Source: Squalus acanthias
Lineage: Eukaryota
Direction: 5' to 3'
Assembly (NCBI GenBank): GCA_030390025.1
Contig: CM059438.1
Coordinates: forward strand, 63,118,001 to 63,182,000
Length of the DNA: 64,000 nt
The notes under the pieces were generated by a model. It worked only from the letters and a program-made list of their open reading frames with translations, was not told the DNA's origin and made no database searches. Shown here one piece after another: positions 62,461-64,000 of this stretch. The position numbers and the translations under genes were made by a program. Every line of letters starts with the position of its first letter. The first letter of the stretch is position 1.

Positions 62461-62844
62461 GAGTTAGAACACAATCCTCTCATTTATGGGTTTGAATCCA
62501 GCTTACACAGGTGAGATGAATATGAACCCTCAGTGCCATTTGCAAGAATTCCCAATGAAATATACTTGAGCAGTTTCACTACAGTTCCAGATGGATGTGG
62601 ATGCACGGTGCCATAGCTCCCCAACAATTCAGCATGTACCGGCACTATAAATTGACAATCACATGCACAGACACCGTGGAGCTACTAATACTGCCCCCAC
62701 CCCCACCATATAGCATTGCTCCATCCAGACCAGTTAATCTGCTTGCATGGCACAAAGTCAGTACATCTACATAATTCGACAGTGTTCTGTTGCGCAAGAC
62801 ATGCCAGGAGCATCCTGTGGGTTGGAGGCTTAAATGCCAGCAGC

Positions 62845-64000
62845 ATGAAGAACACAGGAGCAGGAGGAGGCCATTCAGCCCCTCGAGTCTGTTCCGCCAT
62901 TCTGTTAGATCATGGCTAATCTGCACCTCAACTCCATTTACCTGCCTTTGCTGCATATCCCTTGATACCCTTACCCAATCACAATCTGTTGAATTTAGTC
63001 TTGAAAATGACAGTTAATCCAGCATACACAGCCTTTTGGGGAGAGAGTTCCAAAATTTCCCCTACCACTTAAGTGGAAAAAGTGCTTCCTGATTTCACTC
63101 CAAAATGGCCTCGCTCTAATTTTAATATAATTCCAACCCCTCCCCCCAGTTCTGGATTCCCCCAGCAAAGGAAATAGTTTCTCAGAAATATAGAATCATA
63201 TAATAGTACAGCACAGAAGGATGCCATTCGGCCCATCGAATCTATGCCAGCTCTTTCGAAGAGCAATCCAGTTAGTCCTACTCCCCAACTCTTTCCCCAT
63301 ATCCCTGCAATTTTTTTCGCATTCAAGTATTTACCAAATCACTTTTGAAAGCTACTATTGAATCTGTTCCCACCACCCTATCAGGTAGTGCATTCCAAAT
63401 CCTAACCACTCGTTGCGTAAGAAAGTTTTTCTTCATGTTGCCTTTGGTTCTTTTGCCAATCATCTTAAATCTGTGCCCTCTGCTTATCGACCCTCTGAGC
63501 CACTGGAAACAGTTTCTCCTTATTTACTCTATCTACACCCTTCATGATTTTGAACACCTCTATCAAATCTCCTCGAAGCCTTCTCTGCTCTAAGAACAAC
63601 AACCCCAGCTTCTCCAGTCTATCCACGTAACTGTAATCCCTCATCCCTGGAACCATTCTAGTAAATCTCTTCTGTACCCTCTCCAAAACCTTCACGTTTT
63701 ACTCTATCAAATCCGTTTATCACTTTGAATACCTCAGTTAGATCACCGCTTTCAACCTTCTAAACTCAAAGGGAATACAATCCAAATTTATGCAACCTTA
63801 CCTCACAATTTAACCCTTTAAACCCTGGTATGATTCTGATGAATCTGTCCTGTACCCGCTCCAAGGCCAGTATATCTTTACTGTGAGGTGCCCAAAACTG
63901 AATGTAGTACTCTAGCTTGGGTCTGATCAGGGCTCTGTACTTCCTCACTTTTGTATTCCAACCCCCTTAAGATAAAAGCCAACATTCCATTAGCCTTTTT
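62845..64000 (-). mobile_element. Cluster of nested CR1 3' fragments
   Basis: LERVQKRFTRMVPG...RGDLIEVFKIMKG and YRALIRPKLEYYIQFWAP remnants. Confidence 0.85.

Noticed and set aside
62480..62660. Faint resemblance to an LF-SINE-like ancient SINE (similar faint SINE-like patches near 16900 and 43790)
   Set aside because: Too degraded to support by eye; needs an nhmmer search against Dfam.

Overview
Vertebrate genomic DNA, most likely a cartilaginous fish (shark/ray), judged from SacSINE1-like DeuSINEs and dense CR1/L2/Penelope repeats. The window lies entirely inside one + strand gene, the ABC transporter ABCA2. I read 19 internal coding exons with GT-AG boundaries and mutually consistent phases (3416 nt, about 1138 codons). 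They run from the end of exocytoplasmic domain 1 through TMD1, NBD1 and the R1 linker into TMD2/ECD2; start and stop codons lie outside the window. The introns are mostly mobile elements: CR1, L2 and RTE LINE fragments, DeuSINEs, four ~225-bp solo LTRs (three with exact 5-bp TSDs), two families of Harbinger-like non-autonomous DNA elements with 3-bp TSDs, two TA-TSD pogo/Tigger-like MITEs, and Penelope-like fragments. Two of the Penelope fragments carry an intact minimal hammerhead-ribozyme core in the sense of the ABCA2 pre-mRNA. Other notable signals are a hairpin showing compensatory changes between two MITE copies, a perfect 66-bp inverted duplication at a LINE 5' junction, a candidate 42-nt in-frame cassette exon and a palindromic 26-bp minisatellite. 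Most ORFs in the supplied track are repeat-derived or spurious. Family assignments come from my recognition of the sequence, not from database searches, and repeat boundaries without a TSD are approximate.
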